Below are positions 1-13,477 of a stretch of DNA of 64,000 bases, piece by piece. The notes below the pieces were generated by a model. That model was given only the letters and a program-made list of their open reading frames with translations, was not told the origin of the DNA and ran no database searches. The DNA comes from Lingula anatina (taxonomy: Eukaryota > Animalia > Brachiopoda), in contig CM120647.1 in the NCBI GenBank assembly GCA_051362555.1, positions 8,122,001 to 8,186,000 of the forward strand, in the 5' to 3' direction. The position numbers and the translations under genes were made by a program. Each line of letters opens with the position of its first letter. The first letter of the stretch is position 1.

Positions 1-480
1 AGACATTACGTGAGAATTTGGCGGGAGGTGACCAGTGCAGGTGGACGAATTTATTCCATATAAAATCTCTAGAGCGTGATATAGGGTCACTTTATTCGGT
101 TTTAGGGGTGTTTTAGGGTGAAAGGACTATATTTGTTATCGGTATGTATATCAAATACATACCACGGGGCTGATATCTAAACAAAAGGATTGCAGAGATC
201 GATACAATGAATGAGACGGAGTGACTGCCACGTGCGGAAGATGGGCAGGAAATCAGCCAACTACTGACAGAAACCCACTGACCCATGTCTCTGTCAATAC
301 ACACGCAACCACAAACCATTCACGCAAATAAAAATGATTGGACGGTGACTGCAATTAGGCAGTAAACGCGGGGGAGTCCATTCTTTGATATCACCCCATG
401 CGCGGTGATATCAGCGTGTTATATTCAAAGTTAGGGGGTTTGGTGGGGAACACGCACGATTTCCCTTTGTATGTATGACA

Positions 481-642
481 AATAATGCGCTGACGCTCGG
501 CATGCTATCGTGATATCGGGCTCGTGGACAGTGCATTATTTACTACATAATACACTGTCACCCTCTCGCGATATATGCCATGAGCACCTCTCGCTGACGC
601 TCGAGGTGTTATGGCATATATCGCACAGGTGACAGTGTATTA
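481..642. mobile_element. Two adjacent hairpins at the end of a probable non-autonomous DNA element upstream of SLC43 copy 1 (superfamily uncertain, Crypton-like appearance)
   Basis: AATAATGCGCTG...CAGTGCATTATT (481-540) and TAATACACTGTCACC..GCGATATATGCCAT / ATGGCATATATCGC..GGTGACAGTGTATTA (548-642). Similarity to the copy-2 upstream region begins immediately after 642. Confidence 0.45.
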
Positions 643-837
643 CTTCACACATATCAAGAGTCAGATTTTTTTTTGTTATCATCTAAACGCTGTACCTTAT
701 CCGCCACGTAACGTACGTGTGCAAATACATTAGCACTCGGCCTTGCGCTTATCGCCTCGTCATTCATCTGACCCTTGTCACTTAAAGCATAGGGCCTTGT
801 ACTTCATCTAAACCGTATTTTTGCTGTACATGACAGT

Positions 838-3800
838 ATGGCGGTCAGTGCTTGTTGGAAACTATTCTGTGTCGTACTTGGTATCTTAGAGGCTGCTATC
901 TACTCTGTCACGTTATACGGATGGCCAGCCTTCATGTACATATTTATAGAGGAAGGGTTTTATTATTCCCGTTGTAACTTCGATATTATAACAAATGCTA
1001 CTTATAACATGACGAGTGCTGATTGCACTGACCGTGGCAACTGCACTCAAGACACAACCGGAGAGGACCTTATTCTTAAGTGCACCGAACAAGAAGAAAT
1101 GCTCAACCTGGTTTACACAATCGCTATGGTCGGTTTAGTGGCACTATTTTTCCTTGGTTACGTCTATGATCACTATGGAACCGTCTGTTTGAGGATCATA
1201 TCTATGTAAGTACTGTTATATTTCATTGAAGCCCCTGCTACGCGTGGCTTGGTGAACGAATTTTGGCCGAAAATGATGTAATGCCATAGTTCATTTACAC
1301 TTTTTTATGCTTTTAACGACGGTAAATAACGGCTAATTTTACAGGGGCAAAATTTCCATCCTTGCGTACAAGCTTACGGCGTAACAAAAGCTTTACATAC
1401 AATACAAAGTAACCCTTTTAACTCGATTACTCTCATGACGATATATAATATCAAATTAATCTTACATAACAAAGGAGCACTGTCTCAATTGACTGTTGCC
1501 ATAGCCATTACGTTAAATAATTCGTCTTCTTGCTTTGCGTGACCTCTATGTTCTCGATTCTCGCCCTCGTAATTCCTTTCCGCAAAAATGCGAACATGAG
1601 TGTCGCGACACATGCACTCATAACGAACAGGTTAATTAATACAGTGGATGAATGTTGTTATCCTTTATGTCTAATTAATCGAGAAGTTATACATCTCACC
1701 GCTTAGCTTGAATGTTTTATTTGTAATTTAACCAGTGCATTTGTTCATTATAGAAAAATATATACTTGTTCAGTCATAAACTGGCAACACAATTACCAAT
1801 TAGCAAATAGTAAATCACCAATTGTATTGATGTTGATATATTGTGCAAGGTCATGATAATATATGTGCCAATACAGAAATAAATTAAAATTGAAATTATT
1901 ATTTGGCGTTTTCTTTCAGATGCTTGTGTGTTGGTGGAGTTATCCTGATGGCGTTGACTGAGAAAGGTATGTAACTATCTCGGTATGTCCTTACAGTATA
2001 AAAAAAACTTAGGTTCACAGTTTTTAATGTAAAGTACAGGTAACTTATATGACTGAAAAAAACATTATAACAATAAAGACGATTTTCACATATAGAACCA
2101 CACCTACCGGTACCCACGCGTCCGGTCGAATGAGATTTAATTACTGCGTCCCTGTAGGGAGACGTGTGAGAGGCGGAGAGGCCATTACAGGATTAAGCGG
2201 TCTTCCTTTTATCTAGGGTCCGCCATATTTAAACTGATTTAATAATTAAGAGACAATGAACATTTTCAATTTTGAAAGGCACAGAATGGCTGTTATTTCC
2301 TGGGGCTGTATTCCACCTGATGGGAGGCTACCAGTTGGCTATAACTGACGTCCAGGTGGCCGCGCTATTTCCAAAGATGAAGGCGACACTCACCTGTTTG
2401 GTTTCCGGTGCCATAGACGTTAGTGGTTTTGTCCCTATTTTGCTCAAGGTAATTAATGCACCCCTTACCTAGGCACACGCACACACACACACACTCAGTG
2501 ATAAGAATGTCGGTATCCGTGTTTGTATCAAAAATATTCTCAAACTTGTATAATATTTAGGCAAATACTGAGTCGGTGAACCAAGCGACTTTATTTGGGA
2601 CTTAATTTTATTCAATGAAATATTGTAATCACGGGACAAGTTCTGTCAAAAATGAAGTTACATTGATGAATATTAATCTCATATAAAATGTTTATGATGT
2701 AGCTGACCAAATTTATGATTCACTTCATTTGCCGGTTACTAACCGGTATAGACTGCAACACATATGCTATATTGCTTGCTGACTTGATATCCCTCATTAT
2801 TGTTTCTGAATGCGTAAATCAAGATTTGTTTCAAATGCTATGGAAATGCAATAAATTGTAGATGGCGTACCAGGCCGGAGTGTCGTACAAGACGTGCATG
2901 TTCACCTTTGCCGGCATCATATTCTTTCTGTCTTCTGTGAACACAATCACCCTTCCACCTAGACAGGATGACGACGGGAACAACATTGATGCTGCTTGTT
3001 GTTTAAATATTCGCAAAAGGCACAGATCGGCCGACGACTCTTCCAAACCTAACGTGGTACATTTTGCTTATGGCAATGAAGCGTACGATCAAAATGGTGT
3101 GAATGAGTCTGCTACAGACAAAGAAATTGGTGAGTATCAAATTATAGAAGAATGTTGATTAAACTCAACAAACACGTCCGATGATGAAGTAATAATTTTC
3201 TATGACCTTATACCTAAAAACCCAAATAAGGGTGATTGGTCAATATTTAGAACCAACCCATACCTTCCTTATCGCAACGCACCATACTTTATTGTGAAGA
3301 AATACCATATTTAACTGCCCGGCTGCGCCATCCAACAGAGTACCAATGCACTGTAACTGTACCATTTACTAGTATGCAAAATTTGTTCCTATTCATCAAG
3401 AAGGGTTTCTCTGTTACAAAGTAGATGGAGAGGCAACCCGGGTGGAAGCCCATGACAAGAATAACCATCATGCTGTGAGCATTAACACCTGCCATCAACA
3501 CAACAAAAATGGCGAACAGAGAAAAACGTGTATCAATAATAGTGACCAGATGGTCCGCGAAGTAGAAAACCCTGACAGCAAAGATGTCGACGACAACACT
3601 AACACCAGTTTACTGCATGGAACGCTACTGCTCATCAGAAGGCCAACATTTTGGTTGCTGCTGTTGTGGTTTATATGCCAGGATACCATCATTGTCACAT
3701 ACCAAGGTTGTTTTTACGCGATCATCAATTATTACGGAAACAATGTAAAAAGTACAGGTAATATAATTGCGTCTTTATATTATCTTAGCTATATCAAAGT

Positions 3801-4412
3801 CCAGTGAAGGGGGGAGACATTGGGGGTTATTGAATGATAAGAATGAAACATGCCCTCCAAAGTGTCTACAAGCCCAACACTTGGATTTGTTTAGTTCAAA
3901 GTGTTCTGCTGTGGTTATATAAATATATCGATAGATACAATTTTTAAAGGAAGGAAAGAAAATAATATGAATGGTTCCTAAAAGGACATGTTTTGAGTCA
4001 CTTGCCTAATTCCTAAAATGGGTTACCATGCACATGTAACGTCCCAGATTATTCTCCTTTCAAACAATTCTCATGAAACTTACTTTCGTTGAGAGAATAA
4101 ACCTAAACGTTTTTAACCTATGAGGGATAGCGTTACAGCAACTCAGCAAAAGACCTAGGTGACTGACTCGATGATGTGAGCTTCAGAGGTTTCGACAAAA
4201 AAATCCTCTTAAATACAAATGTCCATTTTCCCGCCTTAAGCTATACACAAGAGACAATATAAAAACGTTTCATCTAACCTTATTATATTACAGTTAGTAT
4301 GTACACGGACGCTTATTCCTGGTTTCAAGTGGTATCTCTGTTCTGGGCCTTACCGACTGGTTTGATGCTAGACAAACTAATTGCCAGTTCAACAAAAGAA
4401 GGTAATTAATTG

Positions 4413-4457
<45 letters not shown>

Positions 4458-4463
4458 GATCTA

Positions 4464-4525
<62 letters not shown>

Positions 4526-6237
4526 TAGATCTTATTGGCCAGAATGTTATTTGACAATTCTATTTTATATACGTAATCTTTACATTAAACAGTGAATTTC
4601 CAAATGCGCCAGCATTCCGCCGAGACAGCAGCGACGCCTTTTTTCTTTAACAGAACTAGTGTAGTTTATATCCAATTTTGCCAATCTAAATTGGGCTTGC
4701 GAAATATGGAAAATACTGAAGTTCTTCCGTTGTCACGTGAAAACCCACTCTAATAATACGAGGCTCAGTGTTACTCTTTCCTCTTATAACTGAACATATC
4801 TAAACGGCTTCATTGTATAATAAATTAAAGCTTATTTGCTTCATCAATTTTTGTTGGTAATGGATATGCTATACCGAACTTGAGCATAGTATTAAGACGC
4901 AAATATATAATTCAAGTAAAAAGATTATTTTCAATTCAGTTTCAATTTCAATTTATTTCTGCACTGGTACATTATTATATACTCAATTTATATATTATAT
5001 ATTCAATTTATTTCTGTACTGGTACATTATTATATACTTCGGCACATTATTATATACTTCAGACAAAGAGCGATGTTTCATGGTTCCACTTTCTCTGGCG
5101 ATTTTGGTTGGCATCGTAGTATCCATTGCGTGCATTATCCCAGTTATAGAGATGCACTTTGTGGCTATTTTCTTTCATTCTGTATTGAAAACCGGGAGTT
5201 ACGCTGTGCATTTGGCCTTCGTTGCATCTGTGTAAGTAAATTTGGTAATGCTTTCGAAGTACTTGATTGTGCTTGCATGATTATACGAGCTTCATTTTTG
5301 TGCAGAAAAGTGCTTTATTCTATCACCAAAAGTGACTGTTTACCATTGTTTAATCTATCAACTAATTATAGTTAAGGTAATTTGTGAAAATAAGAAGTGG
5401 GAACTTTGCATTCGTAGTGCATAAAATGAATAGACTTCAGAAAGTTTTTGTAGCATGGGTTTTCTTGTATACCTTACCTTCTTTACTTAAAAGATACATT
5501 CAGGGGAAAGGTAAGTTTCCGATGTAATCCGAAAAGTATAAAATGTTCAGATATGCCTCGACCTTCTCCGCGAGGCCTAGAATATTTTAACGCTGTCTCA
5601 TTCATTGATGTTAACGACTCGTTCATCTACGTTATCAAAACGTTCAAATTACAGGTTTCCAAAGGAACATTTTGGAAAGGCATACGGAATACAAAATACT
5701 GTCAGTAGTTTGGTGAACTTTATTAATTTACCAATATTTTCCTGGTACAAATACAGCCTGGAAAGTGACCCACTTTGGGTATGTGTATGATTTTATGTAT
5801 ACATTTTGACATTTTATTTTGTATTCAGATAGGGAACAGAAGGAGATAATAGATAAGGTCAAATCGTTCTACAAAATCATTTAACTATTAGCCGTTTTGT
5901 TATTAATATTTATTTATTTATTTATTTATTTGTGAAGACCTTTTGGTATTTTGAGTGAAGATTGAAGTATTTAAACTAAAAATATACAGTAAAAATTAAT
6001 AAATACCTTGACCAGCCTGCAGCCTTTTTGAGGATAATACATTAAAAAGATATACATTTCTCATGGCATTGCCGCCCAGGTGACACGGGGATTTAAAGTA
6101 ATCTAATGACACCTTTCTGTGATAGTTAGCATTTTGTTCTTGTTTTGTAGCTCGGAGTACTGTTCCTGGGAATATGTTTCACGGCCAGCAGTTTACCTTT
6201 CTACCTTCTTTGGCATCGGTGTCGCCCCACAGAATGA
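838..6237 (+). CDS. SLC43A3: SLC43-family MFS transporter, copy 1 (SLC43A3/LAT3-4-like), 9 exons, 565 aa
   Basis: join(838..1205,1920..1966,2279..2448,2862..3129,3401..3757,4294..4401,5063..5231,5655..5778,6151..6237). All introns GT-AG, phases consistent, 1698 nt open. Motifs: YGWPAF, CTEQEEMLNLVYT, GYVYDHYG (MFS motif A), QVAALFP, SGAIDVS, FPKEHFGKAYG. Symbol is family-level; orthology not established. Confidence 0.88.
4412..4532. repeat. (CT)n/(TA)n microsatellite containing a perfect 76-bp palindrome
   Basis: AGATCTAAGA-(TA)28-TCTTAGATCT at 4457-4532. Confidence 0.9.
4951..5060 (+). repeat. 55-bp tandem repeat (about 2 units) just before the exon 7 acceptor of copy 1
   Basis: ATTTATTTCTG(C/T)ACTGGTACATTATTATATACT at 4951 and 5006. 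Confidence 0.8.
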
Positions 6238-6751
6238 CAACTACATGTACAGGACAGAAATTGTGGAACGGCGGTGTAGTACGGATACAACGGAGTGGCA
6301 GTGGACTACATCAAGACCAAGATCAAGATTTTTTATTGAAGTCTCACCCATAAAAAAAGATAAACACATTAAGAACAATAAAACATGGTAGTTCTATATA
6401 GAATTATGTGACTGAACATCCCCTAAAATATACATGAAAACACTTTTCATAAATAAAATTTCTTCTTACTTCTTTTTTTTTTTAATTTATTTATTTATTT
6501 TAGGAAATATGAGGCTTCAATTTGTCAAAAAGTATTATTTGGGCTTTTTATTGTTGAAATCAGATGTACGTGTTTTTTTACGAGATATTTACATGCATTA
6601 AATTTTATTTTGCCTCGTTCAGATTATTAAAAGAAATAGGGTCAAAACATGTAGCACCTGGAAGTTATTGTGTTAAAACCCCATGTCCCTCGCATAATAA
6701 ATCTAAAGCAATTTCAGCTTCCGATTGCAGCAGAGGCGATCAGTTCTTTCT

Positions 6752-6766
6752 CCTCCAGATGGCGCT
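6752..6766 (+). promoter_or_regulatory. Candidate CTCF-binding site downstream of copy 1
   Basis: CCTCCAGATGGCGCT closely matches the CTCF core CCASYAGRKGGCRS. Identical at 20176-20190 behind copy 2. Confidence 0.5.
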
Positions 6767-7760
6767 AGAGTACGGTCTGGTTTGAAAACTGACAAACACT
6801 GCTCAGATGTGGAGAGCAGTGGACCATATACGGAATGCCTGTGATCTACATGATGTCATTTGTAGGTGGGTAAGCGTACGTGATTCGTTCACATTTGCCA
6901 TTAAGTGGAATACAAATGTAGGCCGTATATTTTTATTTTATTTTTATTTTAATATTATATTGCCTCAAAGCTCTACAGCAATCTGTTTCGCTCTTTTCAC
7001 TGTCATTCATCCACTAGACAGGGGAGAATATACGGGAAAGTCCAGCGTGATGACTTCATTCTGCTGACTTATAGAGTACATGCAAATAACTGAATTCATT
7101 GCATGCTGTTGACTCCATCGAATACGTCCGAATCTGCTGTTACTGTCGAGGCCTATACATATAGTTACAGCTACCATATTCTGCTCACGCTTACTATTAT
7201 AGTTTACTACTAACAATTTTATTGTGATACAAACCCCCAATGTACGTCAGTGGAGGCAACCTTCCAGAAATAAATTTAAAAAAAAAAGCAATCTAATTAT
7301 TAAGTTGTTTTCTGCACTACAGTCGCAAGTTGATTTCTGGAACTCAATTTTCTGTACTACAGCCATTGCAAAATAACGAAAATACACAACGTACCTTTAA
7401 ATTATTTTGGAAAAAATTGAATACCACAGTGCAAGTCGTAAAGCATATATCTTCTTCATGGTGAGAGAGAAATATATTTTCCATTCATTTTGTAAAAATA
7501 TGTACTGCTTCTCGACCAGAACCTATTTGTACATGTATGATACAAACAATATCATAAAATTCTTCCAAGTGTAAACACCAGTGCTGAATAAATTAAGTTT
7601 GTTAAATGCTGTAAAACTATGAGCGTGCAGTTACAATTGGGGCCATGTAACTGAACGTAAGCATGTTTTTAAATCATATTGGTGAAGGTACATGTATTTT
7701 ATACGTTATTTCTTACATCAGTCTGCATAATTGCAGATGTGAAACACATGGCGACCCCAT

Positions 7761-8244
7761 CCCAGCAGGCATAGTTGCGTTGGATCAACGTTGAAAACAG
7801 GTTGATACGTTGAATTGCCGTTGATCTACCCTAATTCAACGTAAAATCAACGTTGATCCAGCCACGTCGAAACACCGTCATATTGTGACGTTGACTCAAC
7901 GTTGTATTTTGGTCAATGACACAACCTTGCAGTTATGGATTGTAATTTAGAATATTAATTATTGAAAACGTGATACTTTGTTTATCATTACTGTAACTAA
8001 ATTTATCAAAATAATAACAAAATGGTTTTAAAGTTAAAGTGACAGTTGTTTTGTGTCTTTAGTTAACTAGTGAATTTTCTCAACTTGTTATTCAGAAATA
8101 CATTCCAGTAAACTGAATTCCTTGCAAGGTCAGCTAACACTAGGATGAATAAGTTGCTGTAAATGAGGAGGAGTGAATTAATAAAGTTAAAAGGTTCTTG
8201 GTAACCTGGTTATAGATAGACAGGTTGAGGTGACTGTGACTTTG

Positions 8245-8302
<58 letters not shown>

Positions 8303-8576
8303 AAAGAACTATATATATTAATCTAAATCTAATTTTAACTTGAAGGGCATACATTAATACCCTACATATATTTAGCCATCAAACATGTCCTACTGCTAAA
8401 CACATCCAGGCTATTTTCCCGCTGGGTGGGGTTGATATAACATTGTTTTCAGACTTTGATACAACGTTGTTATCTGAGGTTTACACAACTTTCAAATCCA
8501 ACGTTTATTCAATGTCTTCTCAACGTTATGGTTCAACGTTGTTTCAACGTTAAAACAACATAATTTGCCCGCTGGG
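7761..8576. mobile_element. Non-autonomous EnSpm/CMC-like DNA transposon (816 bp)
   Basis: Termini CCCAGCAGGCA / TGCCCGCTGGG, AT dinucleotide on both flanks (2-bp TSD), many subterminal CAACGTTG-type repeats at both ends, internal (TA)n. Confidence 0.7.
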
Positions 8577-8640
8577 ATGGCACTGAAGTACGTAGACTGT
8601 AAATATTAAAGAGGCCATAAAACATTTGGTCAGTTTGCAG

Positions 8641-11600
8641 ATGGCAAGGTGGAAGTTGCTATATGTGTTGTCTTGTGTATTTTGGAGGCTTCTGTCTACT
8701 CTGTCACGTTATATGGATGGCCAGCCTACATGTGCATATTCACAGAGGGAAGGTTTTTTCTTTTCCCGCTGTTATTTCGATTCTGTAGCCAGCGTTAGTA
8801 ATAACATGATGCGCTCTGATTGCAGTGGTCTTGTTATCTACACGCAAGAAACAGTCGTAGAGGACCGCGTTCAGGGACGTAGGGACGAAACGTGGGGAGG
8901 CGCGTGAGAGGCCGGTCGTTCAAGACGTGCTTGTTCACCTTTGTCAGTATCACACTTCTTATGTCTTCTGCCAACACAATCACCCTTCCACCCAGGACAG
9001 GACGACAGCGAGAATAATCTTTCACTCTTTTGCTCTGTGTTGAAAACTGGGAGTTTTGCCGTACATTCGGCATTCGTGATATCTGCGATAGTGAATTTCA
9101 TAATCCGTTCTCAGAACTTGATTTTACTGACAAAATGTAAAAATGTTAATCTGTTATAACCTTCTAACTCTCAACCAGGAGTTGCAGAAGCAAGATACGT
9201 TTTCGCTACTTTCCAATATATGTGTGGTAATAGTAGGCTTGTTAAGAGGTCAAACGCTGCATTTTATAGTACAAATGTCTAACTTGGCATAAATGTTCCT
9301 TGGGCCAAAAGATAATTTTTTATCCAAAGAGACGCCCTCTATCGATACATTAATTAGCATTAATTATGCAAATTAGGTGCCAAAATATATAATATTTCAT
9401 ATTTCCATTAATTTTTGGCCTAGAAACATGTATAGATTATCAAACCTGACTAAATTAGGGACAAGGAACCCATTTTTGATCATTTGGAAGCAATTGGTGG
9501 CCATTTTGTGCCTCAAATCCAAGATGGCCGCCACCCGCCATTTTGAAAGTGGATATAATTTTGCTATTTTATGTTGAATTTTGAAGCGTTTGGTCTATAT
9601 ATATTTGATATAAATATCGATTCCTACTATTTTGGGGGTGAAAAAGTGATTTTTGATATTGTTTTGGTGATAGTAGGTGATTTGAATGGACAAAGAGGGT
9701 GTTTTAAGTGCCTACCACATATGTGTGAATGCTGCAAAACCATGGATATTGATAACCCGTATTCAAATATATCTCAATGCAATTTTTTGTTATATACCAT
9801 TGCTATTGGACTATATTATGAGCAAAAAACCCCCACATTTTTACCATTATGGAGGCCATTGGTGGCCGTTTTATCCCTCAAATCCAAGATGGCCGCCAAA
9901 ACCATTTTGAACATGAGCATAATTCGCTATTTTGAAACTACATGTACTACATCTTTGTAAATGGGTAATACGTCGTTTTATATTATTTTCTGGTGCAGAA
10001 TACATTATTTGTTTCTTAAAATTTGTGCCTCAAATCCAAGATGGCCCTCATACGCCATTTTCAAATTGAACATTATTCACCATTTTGAAACTATCACACC
10101 TTCATAAGCGTGCCATACGTCATTTTTTATTATTTCCTGGAGCAGAATGCATTTTCGGTTTCATAAAATGTAAATAGAAACTTTTATAAGCCTCCAAATA
10201 AATATATGATTCAGTTGCTACATGGGCCTGCAGTTTATATGTACAATGAGTAATCCAATTAGTACAAAAATGCTTTTGCCGATCTATAAAACAAGTGTCA
10301 GCAAACAAAATGGCTGAATTAAAGCAAAAGAATACATCTTTGACCGCATGAGGAAAATTGTTAGCCATTATTTTGATCAAAACCAAGTGATGGTTGCATG
10401 CCGCTATTTTAATAATTTGGTGTTATTTATAATCTTTGAACTGTGGGACCCTCATTCGCTTGTATTAGGTAAAATGGCACTATTCTTGGGGCTCAAAAGT
10501 AATTTTCCAGTGCTAATTTGGTGATAGAAGATAATAAAAAGGTAATATAAGGTTGTAAAATAAATTCCAAGATGAGTTTCGTTGAGTCTGTTACAAAAAT
10601 GTGGAACCCAAACCACATGCTCAAATATATCATCTAGATTTATCTTAAGTGACCATCCACTAAAAGATACTGAATACTCAAAGGAAAGCAATAAATATAT
10701 ATACATAGTGGTATTATATTATTAATCTTTTACTGGTCAATGTGAACCAAAAAGCCACATGCACATTTATGTCCCAGTCACTGGGGCTTGCATTCGCATG
10801 TTAAATTTAGCCCAGAAGATTTGAAGAGTGAAAAATGTGTCGTCTTATAATACTATGGAACTTGGTTAGTTGTGTTGATGCGTAAATGTCCGTGAAAGAC
10901 AAGCAAATGGACTTTGCTTTGAAATAGCTCTTGATCTTGTCTGCAAAATCATCCAGCAGCACAGCAAAAAGAAACATGCATGATCAGGTCTGGTAGGCCA
11001 ATAAGACAACAGCTAGTAAGAATTGAGGTTTTGTCAGTGTCCTATGAGAAACAGCCAAACAATATAATAGAATCCAGTTTCCAGAGAAACATTAATGCAT
11101 GAGAACATGTCGCATCAGAGGAAAGTGGTATCTTTACACAAAAGAATGAATCTGCAAAACCAACTAGAAAGCAGCAGCTGCGCAGGAAGGTAAGAGGGAT
11201 AAAGCAAAGAAGTCGAGGAAGCAGCCTCTTTTCCTAGTTGACAGTGCCAGTGATCATTCCTAGCATGATTTGGCCAGACAAGTCATCTCACTACCAATAT
11301 AAATCCATAAGGCGGCTACATAGTTCTCATTGTTTCCAATGGACGAACAAGCACAAAACATCTACAGTATATGACAACTACAGGAATATTCATCTTGGAA
11401 TCATCTTAAAACACCTTATGCCTTTTTTATTATCCTCTGTCACCAGAGTAACACAAGAAATTATTATGTACTTCCAAAATAGTAACAATTGATGTATTAC
11501 GATCATATGTAAGTCCAACAGCTCAAAAAAGATAAATTATGCCATAATTTTAAAATAGAGACAGGCTCTTGGATATGAACAACAGAATAGCTAACAGTAG

Positions 11601-13442
11601 TCACCATTAAGTTGAATCCACCATGCTGGTCTCTTGCACTTAATCTGTGTCTGGCAAAACCATTTTAAAATTGTTATATAACATATTTTTGTACAAATTT
11701 GACTTCAAGACGTATACAAGACACATGACTTCTCCAACCCAAATGATAAGAAACGATGTATAACATGCTAGTGTAAGAGCAATAGCTTCAAATTGATGAG
11801 TTATGCCTTATCCGTATTTCAAAATTGTGACTGGCGGCCATTTTGGATTTGAGGATTAAAATGGCTTCCAATTGTCTCCAAAGCACCAAGTATGTGTTCT
11901 TTACCTTTAATTAAGCCATTTTGGTCTCTTGCACTTGTTTCAAGCTCTTTATGATTTTATAAAACATTTTGCACTAATTAGACTACATGGCACATGTAAG
12001 TCTATTTGACGACTTGAGCCTACATGCATATTCGTTTTGGAGAATAAAATAGTTTGTACTCACATTTTATGAAACAGATAATGTATTCTGCACCAGAAAA
12101 TAATATAAAACGACGTATTACTCATTTACAAAGATGTAATACATGTAGTTTCAAAATAGCGAATTATGCTCATGTTCAAAATGGTTTTTGGCGGCCATCT
12201 TGAATTTGAGAGATAAAACGGCCACGAATAGCCTCCATAATGATAAAAATTTGTTTTTTTGCTCATAATATAGTCCAGTAGCGATGATATATAACAAAAA
12301 ATCGCATTGAGATATATTTGAATACGGGTTATCAATATCCATGGTTTTGCAGCATTCACACATATCTTGGTAGGCACTAAAAACACCCTCTTTGTCCATT
12401 CAAATCACCTACTATCACCAAAACAATATAAAAAATGACTTTTTCACCCCCAAAATAGTAGGAATCGATATATATATCAAGTATATATAGACCAAACGCT
12501 TCAAATTTCAACATAAAATAGCAAAATTATGTCCACTTTCAAAATGGCGGGTGGCGGCCATCTTGGATTTGAGGCACAAAATGGCCACCAATTGCTTCCA
12601 AATGATCAAAAATGGGTTCCTTGTCCCTAATTTAGTCAGGTTTGATAATCTATACATGTTTCTAGGCCAAAAATTAATGGAAATATGAAATATTATATAT
12701 TTTGGCACATAATTTGCATAATTTATGCTAATTAAAGTATCGATAGAGGGCGTCTCTTTGGATAAAAAATTATCTTTTGGCCCAAGGAACATTTATGCCA
12801 AGTTAGACATTTGTACTACAAAATGCAGCGTTTGGCCATTTTTTGGTCCTTAACAAGCCTACTATAAAGGCTGAGACCTACACTACTTTGAAAATGCACG
12901 TTGACAAATGGATACATTGTATCATTAAAACAGTTGAATTACAGGTTTTCGTAAGAATATTTTAACAAGGCATTTGGAATACAAGTCACCATCAGTAGTT
13001 TGCTAACCCTTATTGAATTGCCAATATTTTTTTTCTGAAACAAGCACAGCTTGGACAGTAACCCATTCTGGGTATGTATAACAACCATTGTTGGTATACA
13101 TTATGGCATTGTGTGTTCAGAAAGGATAGAGTAAGAATACAATAGGTTATGCTTAAAGCGTGTGACTTCTACGTTGTACTTTATTATTCAATATACTTGA
13201 CGATAGGATTTCTGTTGTTTGGAAGGAAGAGTGGATATAATACCTTAGAGTACATGTTGACTGTGGAAAACGAATGGCAAAATTCAAAATTAAAATAAAT
13301 TATTTTGATAAGTTATACCTTTGACTAAATACCTTTTTTTGGGGGGGGGGCATATTATAAATGTAATTTTTTTTTTACATGAAAGCACAGTCAATGAGAC
13401 GACATTTACAGTAAAATTGTCAATTAATATTTTTATTCTCAT

Positions 13443-13477
<35 letters not shown>

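Noticed and set aside
4155-4215. Hammerhead ribozyme or Penelope end (GTCGAAAC on the minus strand; also ~17475-17530)
   Set aside because: No properly placed CUGANGA core or closing stems could be built.
9377-12792. Paired ORFs (9377, 9571, 9686 and 12126, 12151, 12508) as duplicated genes
   Set aside because: They are mirror translations of the two TIR arms, with no recognisable domain.
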